56,955 nucleotides of DNA, from IMG/VR virus record IMGVR_UViG_3300012948_000001, positions 1 through 56,955 of that record, one strand, 5' to 3'. Of the stretch, positions 37,470 through 48,070 are shown piece after piece. Each line of letters starts with the position of its first letter. Positions within the stretch are counted from its first letter, which is position 1. The stretch is from a virus (taxonomy: Duplodnaviria; Caudoviricetes). Made by a program: the position numbers and the translations under genes. Under the pieces are notes generated by a model. The model had not been told where the DNA came from and made no database searches. It saw nothing but the letters and a program-made list of their open reading frames with translations.

Positions 37470-38489
37470 GTTACCTCCCTCCGTATCAGTCTCGGACGCC
37501 GCCTTCTTATTCTCTTTCTCATCGGAGATATCTGCTCCGATGCGCTTCATAGCAGCCCTGATCTTGCCTTTGATAGCACTAACCTGACTGCTTGAATATT
37601 TTGCCGCGTTCTTCGGCATGTTGATGTACGACCATGCCGCGCGAATGTGCGTTTCATTGTCAAGTGGATATCGCTTTACTCCATCCGACTGATAGCCAGG
37701 GTCGGCATACGTTACATCACCGTAGGGCTTTTTTGAGTCTTTGAATTGCTTTGCGATTTCGGAGAAGTTCAGCGGAGCCATCCCTTTGACCCAAGGCGAG
37801 TTTGTCAGACCTGCTCCATCAAAGACATACTCGTACTTGATCTTATGCTGTGGGTGAGTCCAACTATCGTAATGCGACCCACTCAGATAGTTCCACTCAC
37901 CATCATCAATCTCTTGCCGAGCAATATCATTGAACTTGGCGAGTCCGTACAAACCATCCTCACGTACATCAAGCTCTATGAATTCGCCAGCGGCTTTTCC
38001 TCCCTTTGCTTTATCGAGTCCATGATCGTAGTCTACGAGAATCTTCTGGCCTCGGATATTCTGATCGAAGCCATTTTTCATCTTTGTTGCAATATCCGCG
38101 TCGATAGTAGTTTCACCAAAGACCGGATGATCCCACGTATCGAACGGATAAATCTGTACCCATCTTTGGTTATCTTCCAGCCAGTCTTCCTCGGCAAACT
38201 GCCGGAGCGGGCTGAGATAACTAATCAGCTCTTCGCCCATACTCTTTCTCCTTGACTCTGGCACATTAGCGTATAATGCTCGCATCTGTGCAAGTGCCGA
38301 ATCCCTAGTAGCATGACAAGCTACTTTCCTCCCCGTCTGTTGATTGAATACTCCCCAGGGTTTATCTGCTGGACATTGATCTGATTTCTTTGCTACCCAA
38401 GGCATTTCTTTTGTACTCTTTAGCTTCTTGAATCCAACCGAGAAGTTCGGAGATATGGGATCGAAGTAAAGTAAACCAGGATCATACAT
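36861..38489 (-). CDS. Mu-like capsid maturation protease-scaffold with an inserted YADPG..RYPLD...RAAWSY domain
   Basis: VDYDH, AAG, YLS, GAGLTNSPWVKGM; helical C-terminus. Confidence 0.85.
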   Translation of the reverse strand: MYDPGLLYFDPISPNFSVGFKKLKSTKEMPWVAKKSDQCPADKPWGVFNQQTGRKVACHATRDSALAQMRALYANVPESRRKSMGEELISYLSPLRQFAEEDWLEDNQRWVQIYPFDTWDHPVFGETTIDADIATKMKNGFDQNIRGQKILVDYDHGLDKAKGGKAAGEFIELDVREDGLYGLAKFNDIARQEIDDGEWNYLSGSHYDSWTHPQHKIKYEYVFDGAGLTNSPWVKGMAPLNFSEIAKQFKDSKKPYGDVTYADPGYQSDGVKRYPLDNETHIRAAWSYINMPKNAAKYSSSQVSAIKGKIRAAMKRIGADISDEKENKKAASETDTEGGNMELESELRKVFGLSEDADVLAEAKKVFAELEPLRKAHEEHDKKLAFAEEYPEEAKRLARLEERDRENGAKRFAETFSRFKVTEKDDDKEIEIQKGYSQLAVDKIEEFAKNFSERTASLDELGEILTMLPNSIVEFGERGSSRTKDFKGSNENDARKDFAEIVSEIAAKDKKSWNEALSIAAQTHPDEFEAYRDAANKAAVTP

Positions 38490-38683
38490 TACGGCCCGTC
38501 ATCGTATGGCGGTGGCCCCGGTACTGCACCAGGGTAGTTATAGACAATAGGTGGTGAATCCCTACGTGATCCAGTCAAGAAATCCTTTTCGGGATCATCG
38601 GTACGTGGAGTAGGTGGATTACCCGTACCAGGCTCAGAATGCTCTTGCCATTGATGTTCAAAGAATATCAGCAGCCAGATCAT
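38489..38683 (-). CDS. Small hypothetical protein
   Basis: ATGA and TAATG coupling. Confidence 0.55.
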   Translation of the reverse strand: MIWLLIFFEHQWQEHSEPGTGNPPTPRTDDPEKDFLTGSRRDSPPIVYNYPGAVPGPPPYDDGP

Positions 38684-40125
38684 GTCGGGTTATTACCCTT
38701 TCCCATATTGCCTGTTCGTTCACCCTTCGCATTGGTATTACCTTCCAATGCAGGTTTACCACCATTAGCACCTGGTTGCTGGAGTTGCTTAGTTACTATC
38801 TCCCTGATTTGAGCAGGCTCGATTTCTGGCCGAGGCTCAACTTTCTTAGGAGCATCGAATATCTCTCGTGCCCATTGTTCAAGCGGCATATCAGGCGATA
38901 TGACAGCTTCCTGTACGAGTTGCGACAATGCAGAAGCGAACTGCTGCAAGTCTCTTGTTTCACCAAGGTTCCTGACTTTGAGTAGTGGGTATCTATCCGT
39001 ATCGAAATTGTACGCCATCAGAGGCGGGATTAGCTCAAGATTAAACGTATCGCAGATCAGGTCTGCAATAGCACGGTTAGACTTCATAAAGATATCTTGC
39101 TGAGTTGCAGATGAAGCCCGACCACCACCGCCGCCTGTTTCAGATACACCCAACATAAGGAACTCTACAAGAACGTTGAGCATAATCATTGCGTTATGGT
39201 GGTCGATTGATTTGATAACATCAACCGTATGACCTTTAAGCTCTAGGAAGTCGAACTCCCAACCAGGCGGCGAAACAATACCCGCTTTTTCGTTAGTTCG
39301 TAGGTTCTGAACCAACTCCAACGCCGCGTCCCTATCTGATTTTCTATAACCAGGTGGGAGTATAGCTCTCGGCACACCGATCCCGTGGCGCTCCTTTTGA
39401 ATTGCGTCGATCTTGTAAAGGTGATTCTTGTAGTACCAATGTGGATATGCCGAACGTAGAATCGACTTCCCGCCATAGATATCAGCACCATCTTCGTCGA
39501 AGTTGAAGATCAGTAGTTTCTCAGCAGGGATCGTTACTTTCTCTACATCAAGATTCGCGCGAATGGCGTTATATTCTACAGCCTGGATCTCACCATAATT
39601 ATCAAACAATATTCGGTTGATAGAACGGGCAGGTCGTGGCCCCAATTTCTGAAGCATAGTATAGTTCTTGCGATTAGCTCCAGCACGAGTCGGTGCCCAT
39701 TCTCGTGTCTCATATACAGCCTCAAGCATGGAGATACCATAGTCCATGAACTTGAGGATATGAGAAAGCGTCTTGATGCGACCATTAGTGGGTGCCGACA
39801 TCAAATTAAATGAGACGAATTCAGCCTGGTCGAGACAATCTTGCGATTGGTCGTAAGGCTCAACATAAAAATCGGCACCCATAATGGTCGATTTGACCGC
39901 ACGTAAACTAGCCCGACAAGATGCATCGAACGTGCCCATAATGTAGTACGTGCGGAGTTCCTGATATTTGCCTGCTAGATCGGGAACAATGTCCCGAATC
40001 GGCATAACACCAGCGGAGCCTAGCTCTACTACCGCATTGTCCGGCTGAGGTGTATGTCCCGTAGCCGTATAAGGCGGATTTGTTACCTTCTTACGTGGAT
40101 TGAGTCTATCAAGCAATGATGCCAC
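38680..40125 (-). CDS. Portal protein (Mu gp29/DUF935-like)
   Basis: YG.S.LE, SILRSAY, ERHG.G.P, LIP.L..YNF. Confidence 0.88.
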   Translation of the reverse strand: MASLLDRLNPRKKVTNPPYTATGHTPQPDNAVVELGSAGVMPIRDIVPDLAGKYQELRTYYIMGTFDASCRASLRAVKSTIMGADFYVEPYDQSQDCLDQAEFVSFNLMSAPTNGRIKTLSHILKFMDYGISMLEAVYETREWAPTRAGANRKNYTMLQKLGPRPARSINRILFDNYGEIQAVEYNAIRANLDVEKVTIPAEKLLIFNFDEDGADIYGGKSILRSAYPHWYYKNHLYKIDAIQKERHGIGVPRAILPPGYRKSDRDAALELVQNLRTNEKAGIVSPPGWEFDFLELKGHTVDVIKSIDHHNAMIMLNVLVEFLMLGVSETGGGGGRASSATQQDIFMKSNRAIADLICDTFNLELIPPLMAYNFDTDRYPLLKVRNLGETRDLQQFASALSQLVQEAVISPDMPLEQWAREIFDAPKKVEPRPEIEPAQIREIVTKQLQQPGANGGKPALEGNTNAKGERTGNMGKGNNPT

Positions 40126-40482
40126 TTAGATTCGCTCTCCGCAATGAGGACAGTGGGTGATTCCTTGCGGATGCCTACCATACCAAAGTTCTAGGTTCTC
40201 AACTCGATTATCGTCTCTAATGCCGTTCTTATGATGAACAGTCTCTTTCTCCATTAAAGGACGACCAAGATGTTGCTCCATTACTAGTCGATGTTCTCTG
40301 ATAGTGAAAACCTGACCTTGCCACGTCGCATTCCAAAGAACATAACCATTGCCTATACATCTACTCCACTTAGGCGGTTGTCCTCTTTGAAGCATCCCCC
40401 TACCTGTGCGGGAACCAAGTTCTATAGATTCTAGCAATTCATCAACATTAGTGTCGATGAATGAGGTATCAGTTGTCTCCAT
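40126..40482 (-). CDS. HNH endonuclease
   Basis: EHRLVME.HLGR...VHHKNG.RDDNR.ENLEL. Confidence 0.85.
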   Translation of the reverse strand: METTDTSFIDTNVDELLESIELGSRTGRGMLQRGQPPKWSRCIGNGYVLWNATWQGQVFTIREHRLVMEQHLGRPLMEKETVHHKNGIRDDNRVENLELWYGRHPQGITHCPHCGERI

Positions 40483-41857
40483 AGAATCCCACGTCGCTTC
40501 CTAGTGTAATTGATTTCTCCAGACGGAAGAATGTGTCAGCTTCCCGCGCAAGGACGGCAGAATCATACACATCATCCAGACGCGATCCAAGCCCGAGGAT
40601 AAAATAGTCGCCTATGAAATAACGCAAAGCATCAGGCCCATGGTCGTCATAGTCTACCTGGCCTTCTTTCACTGGCCTACCCTCTTTTTCAGCAGGACGA
40701 CGTAGAGCCAGCATTTGCCTGATAAGCTCAGAACATGATCTATCAATATACAGTTGAGGCTTACCATCTGGCTGAATCTTCAGCTTACGCTTAACCGCTT
40801 CAATGCCATTGATCCAAGGTACCTTCTCAGAAATAACATATCCCAAGACAAGAGCAATAGTCGCAGCCTCGTCAGCACCAGCAGGATCACCATACATAGC
40901 ATCAACATGGAAATCTTCTGGATTATCGCGACTTTTCAATATATGAGCATGATCCCATGTAGTCAGAAACCGCATCTGATATTCCCGCCATACATACACA
41001 TTATCGGATGGGTCAACCATGATATCGAGACATACGAAGGGAGCGTTGAATCCGTAGTCAAATACCCAATAGTTCTTCCAACCAGATATATATTCAATAT
41101 CGGTGACATGAATGCGCTCGTCGAACTCGTCATATATCTGTCCTTCAAACGTCGTAAACTCGGCACAATATTCCTGCGCCCAGTATTGAGGAGATGCAAG
41201 CTTCTTCACATTCTGCAATTCGGGATCATCGAGGCCCAATGGGAATCTAGCACTATTAAGCCATGTAGGAAATCGCCATGACTCATATAGACCGCGCATT
41301 TCTTTGTCCCGCCCAAGTCTCCACAGGCCGTAATACCAGTTATAACCTTTAGGTGTAGAAGGGAAGATAGCCCAACCTTTGCGATCAGTTAACGCAGGCT
41401 GGATATACTGCTGCCAAGTATCCATGTTATGCTGAGCAGCCTCAGACATAATGACACCATCAAGACCTTCACCGAGCAGCGAGTCAGGGTTGGTGGCAGA
41501 CACAACCTCAACAACGGAGTTCCAGGGAAACGTAATCTTCATAATACCCTGGTTGACGTTGTTGGATATCTTCAATTGTGGGCCTAGCTTGAGCTTGCGA
41601 ACGAAGATATCATGGATTACTCGAAACTCCTTCTCACCTAGTCTATACGTAGGCCCGCAAATCCACCAGTAGGTATCGGGCTGCAAACACGCAAAGGCCA
41701 TTTCGACACCGGCAGCTTTAGACTTACCCCATCTACGACCGCAACAAGGAATACGATGCTTAGCGGTGGAATTGTGGAAATCCCACTGACCTTGGGAATG
41801 GGGCTCATACTCGATCCTCTCGAAGAACAGTTCCTTGCTAAGTTCGATACTACTCAC
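40469..41857 (-). CDS. terL: Terminase large subunit
   Basis: [40 protein letters not shown]. Confidence 0.92.
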   Translation of the reverse strand: MSSIELSKELFFERIEYEPHSQGQWDFHNSTAKHRIPCCGRRWGKSKAAGVEMAFACLQPDTYWWICGPTYRLGEKEFRVIHDIFVRKLKLGPQLKISNNVNQGIMKITFPWNSVVEVVSATNPDSLLGEGLDGVIMSEAAQHNMDTWQQYIQPALTDRKGWAIFPSTPKGYNWYYGLWRLGRDKEMRGLYESWRFPTWLNSARFPLGLDDPELQNVKKLASPQYWAQEYCAEFTTFEGQIYDEFDERIHVTDIEYISGWKNYWVFDYGFNAPFVCLDIMVDPSDNVYVWREYQMRFLTTWDHAHILKSRDNPEDFHVDAMYGDPAGADEAATIALVLGYVISEKVPWINGIEAVKRKLKIQPDGKPQLYIDRSCSELIRQMLALRRPAEKEGRPVKEGQVDYDDHGPDALRYFIGDYFILGLGSRLDDVYDSAVLAREADTFFRLEKSITLGSDVGFYGDN

Positions 41858-41949
41858 GGAACCCGGCGCATAATATAAATACCCAGGCAGATCATCAGGA
41901 AGATAATGAGAAAATCAATCCAATGGAGGACTACAGTAACGGCGAGCAT
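41854..41949 (-). CDS. Small membrane peptide, 31 aa (not in ORF track)
   Basis: TGATG and GTGA coupling; single TM. Confidence 0.5.
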   Translation of the reverse strand: MLAVTVVLHWIDFLIIFLMICLGIYIMRRVP

Positions 41950-42263
41950 CAGATAACCTCCACATTATACGGCCCGAGAACAGGAACTTCGGGCAAAAGC
42001 TGGAACTGAATGAACAATTCATAACGATCTTTCGCCATATTGGTCGTATCAACCAGGCAATAAGCGGTCATACCGGCAGGAGTGGTCAGATCACACGCTT
42101 GTTTGCCTGGAGGGAGAGGAGTATCGGAATCATCGCTTTCCTTAGTTAGCCAGAATACCGGAGAAGTTCCGGCAAGGTCGGTTAGATTCCCTAGCCTATC
42201 CTTCACATCAACTGGCACATGCTCTTTGGTAGGCTTAGTCAGCTCTACTTGGATTCCGGGCAT
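41949..42263 (-). CDS. BppU-like adaptor, paralog of 47741-48061
   Basis: TKE.V, CLVDTT, E.P..GP shared. Confidence 0.55.
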   Translation of the reverse strand: MPGIQVELTKPTKEHVPVDVKDRLGNLTDLAGTSPVFWLTKESDDSDTPLPPGKQACDLTTPAGMTAYCLVDTTNMAKDRYELFIQFQLLPEVPVLGPYNVEVI

Positions 42264-44706
42264 TTGACCACCACCTTCTGAAGATTATTGAAGCACTATA
42301 TCGCTTCTCGTGCGGACGGCCGAACCATTTACGATAAGCAAATGAGGCATTCCATCTAAGCACCCCCAACTCAGCAAACAGATCATACATCTTGAGGGCT
42401 TCAACAACCATGCCCGGAATCAGATGCAGAGGTACCGTCGCATCATCTACTCTAGTATAGACTTCAACTACGCTTGGCTCCAACTCTAGGATTACGATAC
42501 CAACCGAATCACCCGAGAAGATAGTAGTGGAGCTAGGTGAAAGAGCCAGTCGCTCCGTAGCTCTATCTACATATGCTGCATAATCCGCACTATCCGGAAC
42601 TAGACTTAGATACTTTGTCGCCGCGTCAATAGTCGGCGGAGCCTGTTCATATGCACTTGGCAGGAAATAGAGATTTCCTGTAGCCGAATCTTGAGATGCT
42701 TCAACATCAGATGAACTAGGAACGAGGGCTAAAGTTTCAGTCGCTGCATCAATAGATCCCGTTTGTTCAGTTACACTTCCTGTAACAATTATTTTCCCCG
42801 TATCAGAATCCAGATAACTGTCAGTATCGACAGAATTAACGGTAAATAGAAGCTTATGAAGGCCAGAATCAATGGATGCCTCTATATCAGCAGCGGCAGG
42901 AGTAAGGTATAACCATAGCGTATTGGCCTCAATGTACTGTGCAAAATCAGTCGATGCGAGCGAGAAGATCAATCGAGATGTTGCTGCATCAACATACTCG
43001 GGTAGATCAATAGCCGAAGGGACAAGGATGATTTGTCCAGTACCCGCATCAACACCCGTACCCGACCCAGCTTCGGTAGCCGAAATATCAAAGAGTAGTG
43101 TTTCGGTAGCTGAGTCCATCGTCTGCGTTGTTTCAGCAGCCGCAGGCGTAAATAGAATATTTCCTGTGTCTGCATCGACCGTAGCTCCTATGTCCTGTGC
43201 CGATAGAACAAACAAAAGATCGACTAATCCGAAGTCTTGTCCCGTCCCTGTCTGAGTTTCCGACCCACTCGGAGCCAATACTAGAACCTCAGTAGAGGCA
43301 TCAGCGAATTGGGCAGCTTCTACAGTAGAAGGAGTTACTATGATGATTCCAGTATCGGCATCATAAGTAGCATGTTCCTCGACCATAGACATAGAGAATA
43401 CCAACTTCCCTGTGGCCGCGTCGATGAAAGCCCCGCCCTGGGTAGAACTAGGAACCAGGAGTAGAGTTTCGGTAGATGCATCAGCAGACTCACGACCTTC
43501 CGATGCAGTTGCAACCAAAAACACAAGAGCTATCGCATTTGAGTCGGAGAACTGCTGAGTATCGGTGCCTGTCGGCGAGAAAAGTAGAGATACAGACCCA
43601 GATTCCGGTATCTCATGAATATCTACAGACGAAGGTAACAGCAGAAGCGTCTCTGATCCACTATCTATAAATTGTGCCAGGTCTGTCGATGATGGAGCAA
43701 AGATCAGTACTCCAGTACCCGCATCAATAGCCGTGATCTGCTCAGATATAGACGGTGTGAATACCAAAACTGTTGTAGCAGCATCGAGTCTCGTATATGT
43801 CTCAGCAGAACTAGGCGAGAACATTACAAATCCCGTATCGCTATCAACATATCCTGCAATATCTGTCGAATCGGGAATAAGACTTAAATATCCTGTAAGG
43901 CTGTCGTCGTGTACGATGGATTCATCAGCAGTTGGGATAAGAGATAGCGGTACAGTTCCAACTTCGATACCTATTTCAACCTCAGCACCACTCGGAGTGA
44001 AGACTAGGACTTCAGTTCCACTATCTATGAACTGTGCCGTCTCAACGCTAGAAGGTACAAGAGTTAGGCTCTCTGTATCTGCGTCCGTTGTTGCATAAGC
44101 TTCGCTGGATGAACCTGTAAGGAAGAGAGCTATTACATCGGAATCGGTATAGATTATTGGAGCTACAGGAGCCTGATATGCTGGTACGGTATTACCAGGC
44201 ATTGCATTAACGATACCTTCAATAGCCGTGAATGGCGGTATTACTGGCGCGGTACGCCGAACGGAAGGCCAGCCCGGTATAATATTCTCAGGCTCGGATA
44301 GAATAATACCAATACGAGCAGTAAATTGCGCTGTTCGTATCTGTGCTTCTCCACCCGACGGCACCATACGAAGAGGAACAGCAATAGCATCTACAAGATT
44401 GGCAAATGTTACGCTGCTTGGGGTTAAGCTAACTCGCTCAGTAGCACTATCTACGGTGGCAGCTACGTCCGCTGCACTAGGGGTAAAAGCTAGTACCGCG
44501 GTATTAGCCTCAATGTCCGCCGCAATATCCGTACTAGAACCGCTCAAATCGAGGTACTCGGTACCAGTATCATTGCTTAAAGCTACTTCGGTGCTTGATC
44601 CCGTCAAATCGAAGTAAACTGTACCCGTATCTGGGCCAAACTGAAACGCAGGGACAATATTTTGCCCGAGAGAAAGATTAGTACCGAGTAGAGAAGTGAA
44701 CGGCAC
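42235..44706 (-). CDS. Repeat-rich fibre-like structural protein
   Basis: About two dozen ~30-aa repeats (D.xT..L...PS...). Confidence 0.7.
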   Translation of the reverse strand: MPFTSLLGTNLSLGQNIVPAFQFGPDTGTVYFDLTGSSTEVALSNDTGTEYLDLSGSSTDIAADIEANTAVLAFTPSAADVAATVDSATERVSLTPSSVTFANLVDAIAVPLRMVPSGGEAQIRTAQFTARIGIILSEPENIIPGWPSVRRTAPVIPPFTAIEGIVNAMPGNTVPAYQAPVAPIIYTDSDVIALFLTGSSSEAYATTDADTESLTLVPSSVETAQFIDSGTEVLVFTPSGAEVEIGIEVGTVPLSLIPTADESIVHDDSLTGYLSLIPDSTDIAGYVDSDTGFVMFSPSSAETYTRLDAATTVLVFTPSISEQITAIDAGTGVLIFAPSSTDLAQFIDSGSETLLLLPSSVDIHEIPESGSVSLLFSPTGTDTQQFSDSNAIALVFLVATASEGRESADASTETLLLVPSSTQGGAFIDAATGKLVFSMSMVEEHATYDADTGIIIVTPSTVEAAQFADASTEVLVLAPSGSETQTGTGQDFGLVDLLFVLSAQDIGATVDADTGNILFTPAAAETTQTMDSATETLLFDISATEAGSGTGVDAGTGQIILVPSAIDLPEYVDAATSRLIFSLASTDFAQYIEANTLWLYLTPAAADIEASIDSGLHKLLFTVNSVDTDSYLDSDTGKIIVTGSVTEQTGSIDAATETLALVPSSSDVEASQDSATGNLYFLPSAYEQAPPTIDAATKYLSLVPDSADYAAYVDRATERLALSPSSTTIFSGDSVGIVILELEPSVVEVYTRVDDATVPLHLIPGMVVEALKMYDLFAELGVLRWNASFAYRKWFGRPHEKRYSASIIFRRWWSNARNPSRAD

Positions 44707-44709
44707 TAG

Positions 44710-46017
44710 CTAACTCACCAAGAACGGCCAAACTGTCATGCGTCGCCGTGTCCAAGTACCAGTACCAGCATTGAGTTTATATTGCATCTTAAGCAAATCA
44801 TTCACCGCGCACGTTTGAAGCGTCGGCCCACCAACCAATGATTGAAGATCGGTAGTCGTCGCCGTTGAAGCACGGGCCGATGCATCATCAACGGTTGCGG
44901 CCGAAGCAACTTTAAGTCCAACAAACACTTCAGTACCACCAGCGTTGTTACACGCACCGGCAGCAGCACATTGGACGAGATATTGTCCTGCACGGGGAAC
45001 CGTAAAGCTTGGCCCTACTGTAGCGAGATCAGTATACGTCGTTGAATTCGACGTCTGTGATGTTTCAACACTAACAACAGCCGGTGGCCCACCTATGAAT
45101 ACCCATTTATACGAACCCGTAATAGATGCTGTGTAGCGAAAATGCCAAGCATAAGTTGGCGCCGTTGTCGAATCTACCAAGATATATTCATCACCATCAC
45201 TCGGAGACGATGGTAATGAAGTTCCAACTGGAATAACACCTGCACCCTGCGCAAATACACCTAAGGCGCCCGCAGTTATCAGATGTGTCACCTGTGCGCC
45301 GTTGGGATGAGCGATAGCTGCTGTGCCCTCAAGACCTCTGGTTATATTAGATAGCACATCTGCGGCTCGTGATACGACTAACATTATTTCAGACTCTACT
45401 AGGATACGGAAATTACCTGTAGCTGGGAAAGCTGCGCCCTGTCCTGACTGTAGCGTCAGCGAGGTATCACTGCTAGCCATGCCAGCGTTCAAGTTACCAA
45501 TGGCGTTATTTGCAAATGTCTCACGTTGAGTCGAACTATCCGACGTGTACGTCGCATAAACTGAACCACCGTGAGAATGCGTATTATTGTCAGTCCAGGG
45601 GTTCTTTGGATTACCACTGGAACTATAAGTATCGGCTTCCCAATAACCTGAGCTAGCAACGGTATCGTAAGCCAACGAAGAACCGTTGTTATTGGTACCG
45701 GCCCAGATAGTCAAATGGTAAGTACCCGCGGTTAAGTGCGGGTTACTGGCAAATGTGAAATCGACCCAGGCAGCAGCCGCACTAACTCCGATGATTACCT
45801 CATTAGATACAGCTACAAGAGTATTAGGCTTGCCGCTACCGTTATCGGTATAAATAGCAAAGCGAACATTCTGCGGGCCTGCCGACTCACCCCTGATATA
45901 CCCCGTTATCTTTGTAACGGTACCAGATTCACCTAGCGTATATTTATACGATTCAGTAAAACTAGCTCCATTGCCATTCCAACTAGCACCGACTGTAGTT
46001 TTACCAAAGGTAGGCAT
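44710..46017 (-). CDS. Modular fibre / adhesin-like protein
   Basis: N-terminal beta domain, then modules shared with the two neighbouring genes. Confidence 0.65.
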   Translation of the reverse strand: MPTFGKTTVGASWNGNGASFTESYKYTLGESGTVTKITGYIRGESAGPQNVRFAIYTDNGSGKPNTLVAVSNEVIIGVSAAAAWVDFTFASNPHLTAGTYHLTIWAGTNNNGSSLAYDTVASSGYWEADTYSSSGNPKNPWTDNNTHSHGGSVYATYTSDSSTQRETFANNAIGNLNAGMASSDTSLTLQSGQGAAFPATGNFRILVESEIMLVVSRAADVLSNITRGLEGTAAIAHPNGAQVTHLITAGALGVFAQGAGVIPVGTSLPSSPSDGDEYILVDSTTAPTYAWHFRYTASITGSYKWVFIGGPPAVVSVETSQTSNSTTYTDLATVGPSFTVPRAGQYLVQCAAAGACNNAGGTEVFVGLKVASAATVDDASARASTATTTDLQSLVGGPTLQTCAVNDLLKMQYKLNAGTGTWTRRRMTVWPFLVS

Positions 46018-46854
46018 TTAGCTCACCCTAACAGGAGTTACACTTATCCAACGCTGTGAGAATCTACCAGTCTGACCCGAGGTACTCGCCTGTCTATACT
46101 TCGCTACTAGAGCAGTAGACGCAGAAGTAAGTGTTTTCTCACGTCGCCGCATACACGACACTTGGTTTGGGCCACCAGCACCCGGTACGTCTGGTACGCC
46201 GGAACAAGAATCTGCATCAACAGCGCCCGTAGCCCCAATATCGTAACTCATCGTGGCACCAATATTGTGGGCATCTGCAACATTCGTATTAGCAGTAAAG
46301 CCATGTTCTACTACATAAATACCGGCACGAGGGGGTGTAACTGATGGCCCAGCTGTAGTGAGTGCAGCATATGTAGCAGAATTCGAAGTTTCCAGTGTAG
46401 TTACCTCATTATATAGTGGCGATCCATAAACGCATACCCATTTATATGCATCAGTAATAGACGCTGTATATCTGAATCGCCAGGCATAGGTAGGAGCAGT
46501 CGTCGAATCCACCAAGATATATTCCTGTCCATCATAAGGCGAGGCGGGCAAAGACGTGCCAATACCTATAGTCTGAACAAAGGTATTCAATGCAGCAGCC
46601 GTTAATATCTGGGTAACTTGAGCATTGATCGAATGTGCCACTGCTGCCGTACCTTCGGCTGCTCTTGTAAGGCTAGATAGAGTATCTCCTGAAATGGCGC
46701 CTACGATAATGATTTCTTGGTCAATCAGGATACGGAACTGAGGCCCACTTGGAAAGGTCGCGCCTTGGCCTGACTGTAGCGTAAGGCTAGTATCGCCAGA
46801 GGCCATAGCTGCGTTTAGATAGCCTACTGCACTATTTGCGAATGTTTCAGGCAT
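46018..46854 (-). CDS. Fibre protein
   Basis: MPETFAN...RILI..E...TR..EGT.A..H module. Confidence 0.65.
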   Translation of the reverse strand: MPETFANSAVGYLNAAMASGDTSLTLQSGQGATFPSGPQFRILIDQEIIIVGAISGDTLSSLTRAAEGTAAVAHSINAQVTQILTAAALNTFVQTIGIGTSLPASPYDGQEYILVDSTTAPTYAWRFRYTASITDAYKWVCVYGSPLYNEVTTLETSNSATYAALTTAGPSVTPPRAGIYVVEHGFTANTNVADAHNIGATMSYDIGATGAVDADSCSGVPDVPGAGGPNQVSCMRRREKTLTSASTALVAKYRQASTSGQTGRFSQRWISVTPVRVS

Positions 46855-47741
46855 TATGTTTTAATGATATGGTTCACGACAAGATATGATGGTGCATCCG
46901 CTGGCCCACCACCCGAAGTATTTGTACTAATATTGACAGTTATAGTTACCGTATGGCTATGTCCACCTGCCGCAGCATGCTGGTGATCTCCCACCGAGTC
47001 AGTATTACCATAGTAGTTGTTGATAAGATAACGGCTCGATCCACCACTACCCAAAGGTGTGGTACTTCCAGTAGTAGTAGCAATAAATGTACCACCGCCA
47101 ACGCTATGACTATGACCTCCAGCAGCCGCGTGTTGGTGATCGCCAACTGAGGATGTAGTAGCGGAAGGACTAGTTGAAGTCGATACACCATGATGATGAG
47201 ATGCATGGCGCGAACCAACAGCTACACCATCATTCGCACCTAATGCTAACCCCGAACGGGCACCATACAAAGCCCTGCCTTGCCCATCAGGTAAGTTAAA
47301 TGTTGTAGATCCATCGCCAGGGCCGTACGTATTTCCGATAACTGCATATAAGGCTGCATATGTTGTACGACTAACAGCAGAACCATCACAAAGCAGCCAA
47401 CCTGCCGGTACCGCACTTGATGGCCCTGCAAATGGTGTTATCATACCTGCTGGTAGAGCCTGTAAGAATAGACCTAATGCACCTGCGGTAACAACATGAG
47501 CTACTTGCGTAGCAGCAGCATGTGAGGCAGCGGTTGTACCTTCAACACCTCTCGTTATGCTAGACAGAGTATCACCTGAGATAGCTCCAACTAGCATTAG
47601 TTCGGATTCTATCAGTATCCTGAAGTTACCAGAGGTAGGAAAGAGCGTGCCTTGACCCGTATTTAGGGTCAACGACGTATCCGTAGGCCCTATAGATGCG
47701 CTCAAAGCGCCTATCGCATTATTGGAAAACGTCTCAGGCAT
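46854..47741 (-). CDS. Tail-collar-domain fibre protein with His-rich tip
   Basis: GMITPFAG...PAGWLLCDG.AVSRTTYAALYAVIG.TYG.GDGSTTFNLPD; HxH repeats. Confidence 0.85.
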   Translation of the reverse strand: MPETFSNNAIGALSASIGPTDTSLTLNTGQGTLFPTSGNFRILIESELMLVGAISGDTLSSITRGVEGTTAASHAAATQVAHVVTAGALGLFLQALPAGMITPFAGPSSAVPAGWLLCDGSAVSRTTYAALYAVIGNTYGPGDGSTTFNLPDGQGRALYGARSGLALGANDGVAVGSRHASHHHGVSTSTSPSATTSSVGDHQHAAAGGHSHSVGGGTFIATTTGSTTPLGSGGSSRYLINNYYGNTDSVGDHQHAAAGGHSHTVTITVNISTNTSGGGPADAPSYLVVNHIIKT

Positions 47742-48061
47742 TAGATGATATAAATATCAAACGGGCCTTCTCTTGGATTCTCCGGGCCTAGCGTCCAGTA
47801 GACATAGAGATTGTAGTGACTACCTATGACATACCCAGCGAGTGTAGTATCTACAAGACACTGGAGTAACATACCGCTTCCACCGATCACACACGCCACA
47901 GCGGATTGGATAGCTCCGCCTGTATCTGGGAATACGTCGAATTGGGGAGTTGTACCGCTAAGGGTTGTGACAGCTCCCGTCTCATCTACGACCTGCAAAT
48001 CGACGTACTCTTTGGTACCTTTTGCAAGTCTTACGGCTGTTACCGTAGTTATTAGCGCCAT
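47741..48061 (-). CDS. BppU-like adaptor
   Basis: Paralog of 41949-42263. Confidence 0.55.
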   Translation of the reverse strand: MALITTVTAVRLAKGTKEYVDLQVVDETGAVTTLSGTTPQFDVFPDTGGAIQSAVACVIGGSGMLLQCLVDTTLAGYVIGSHYNLYVYWTLGPENPREGPFDIYII

Positions 48062-48070
48062 AGCATTCCT

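Noticed and set aside
44710-47741. Diversity-generating retroelement or shufflon
   Set aside because: No reverse transcriptase or invertase; repeat differences are synonymous rather than adenine-specific.
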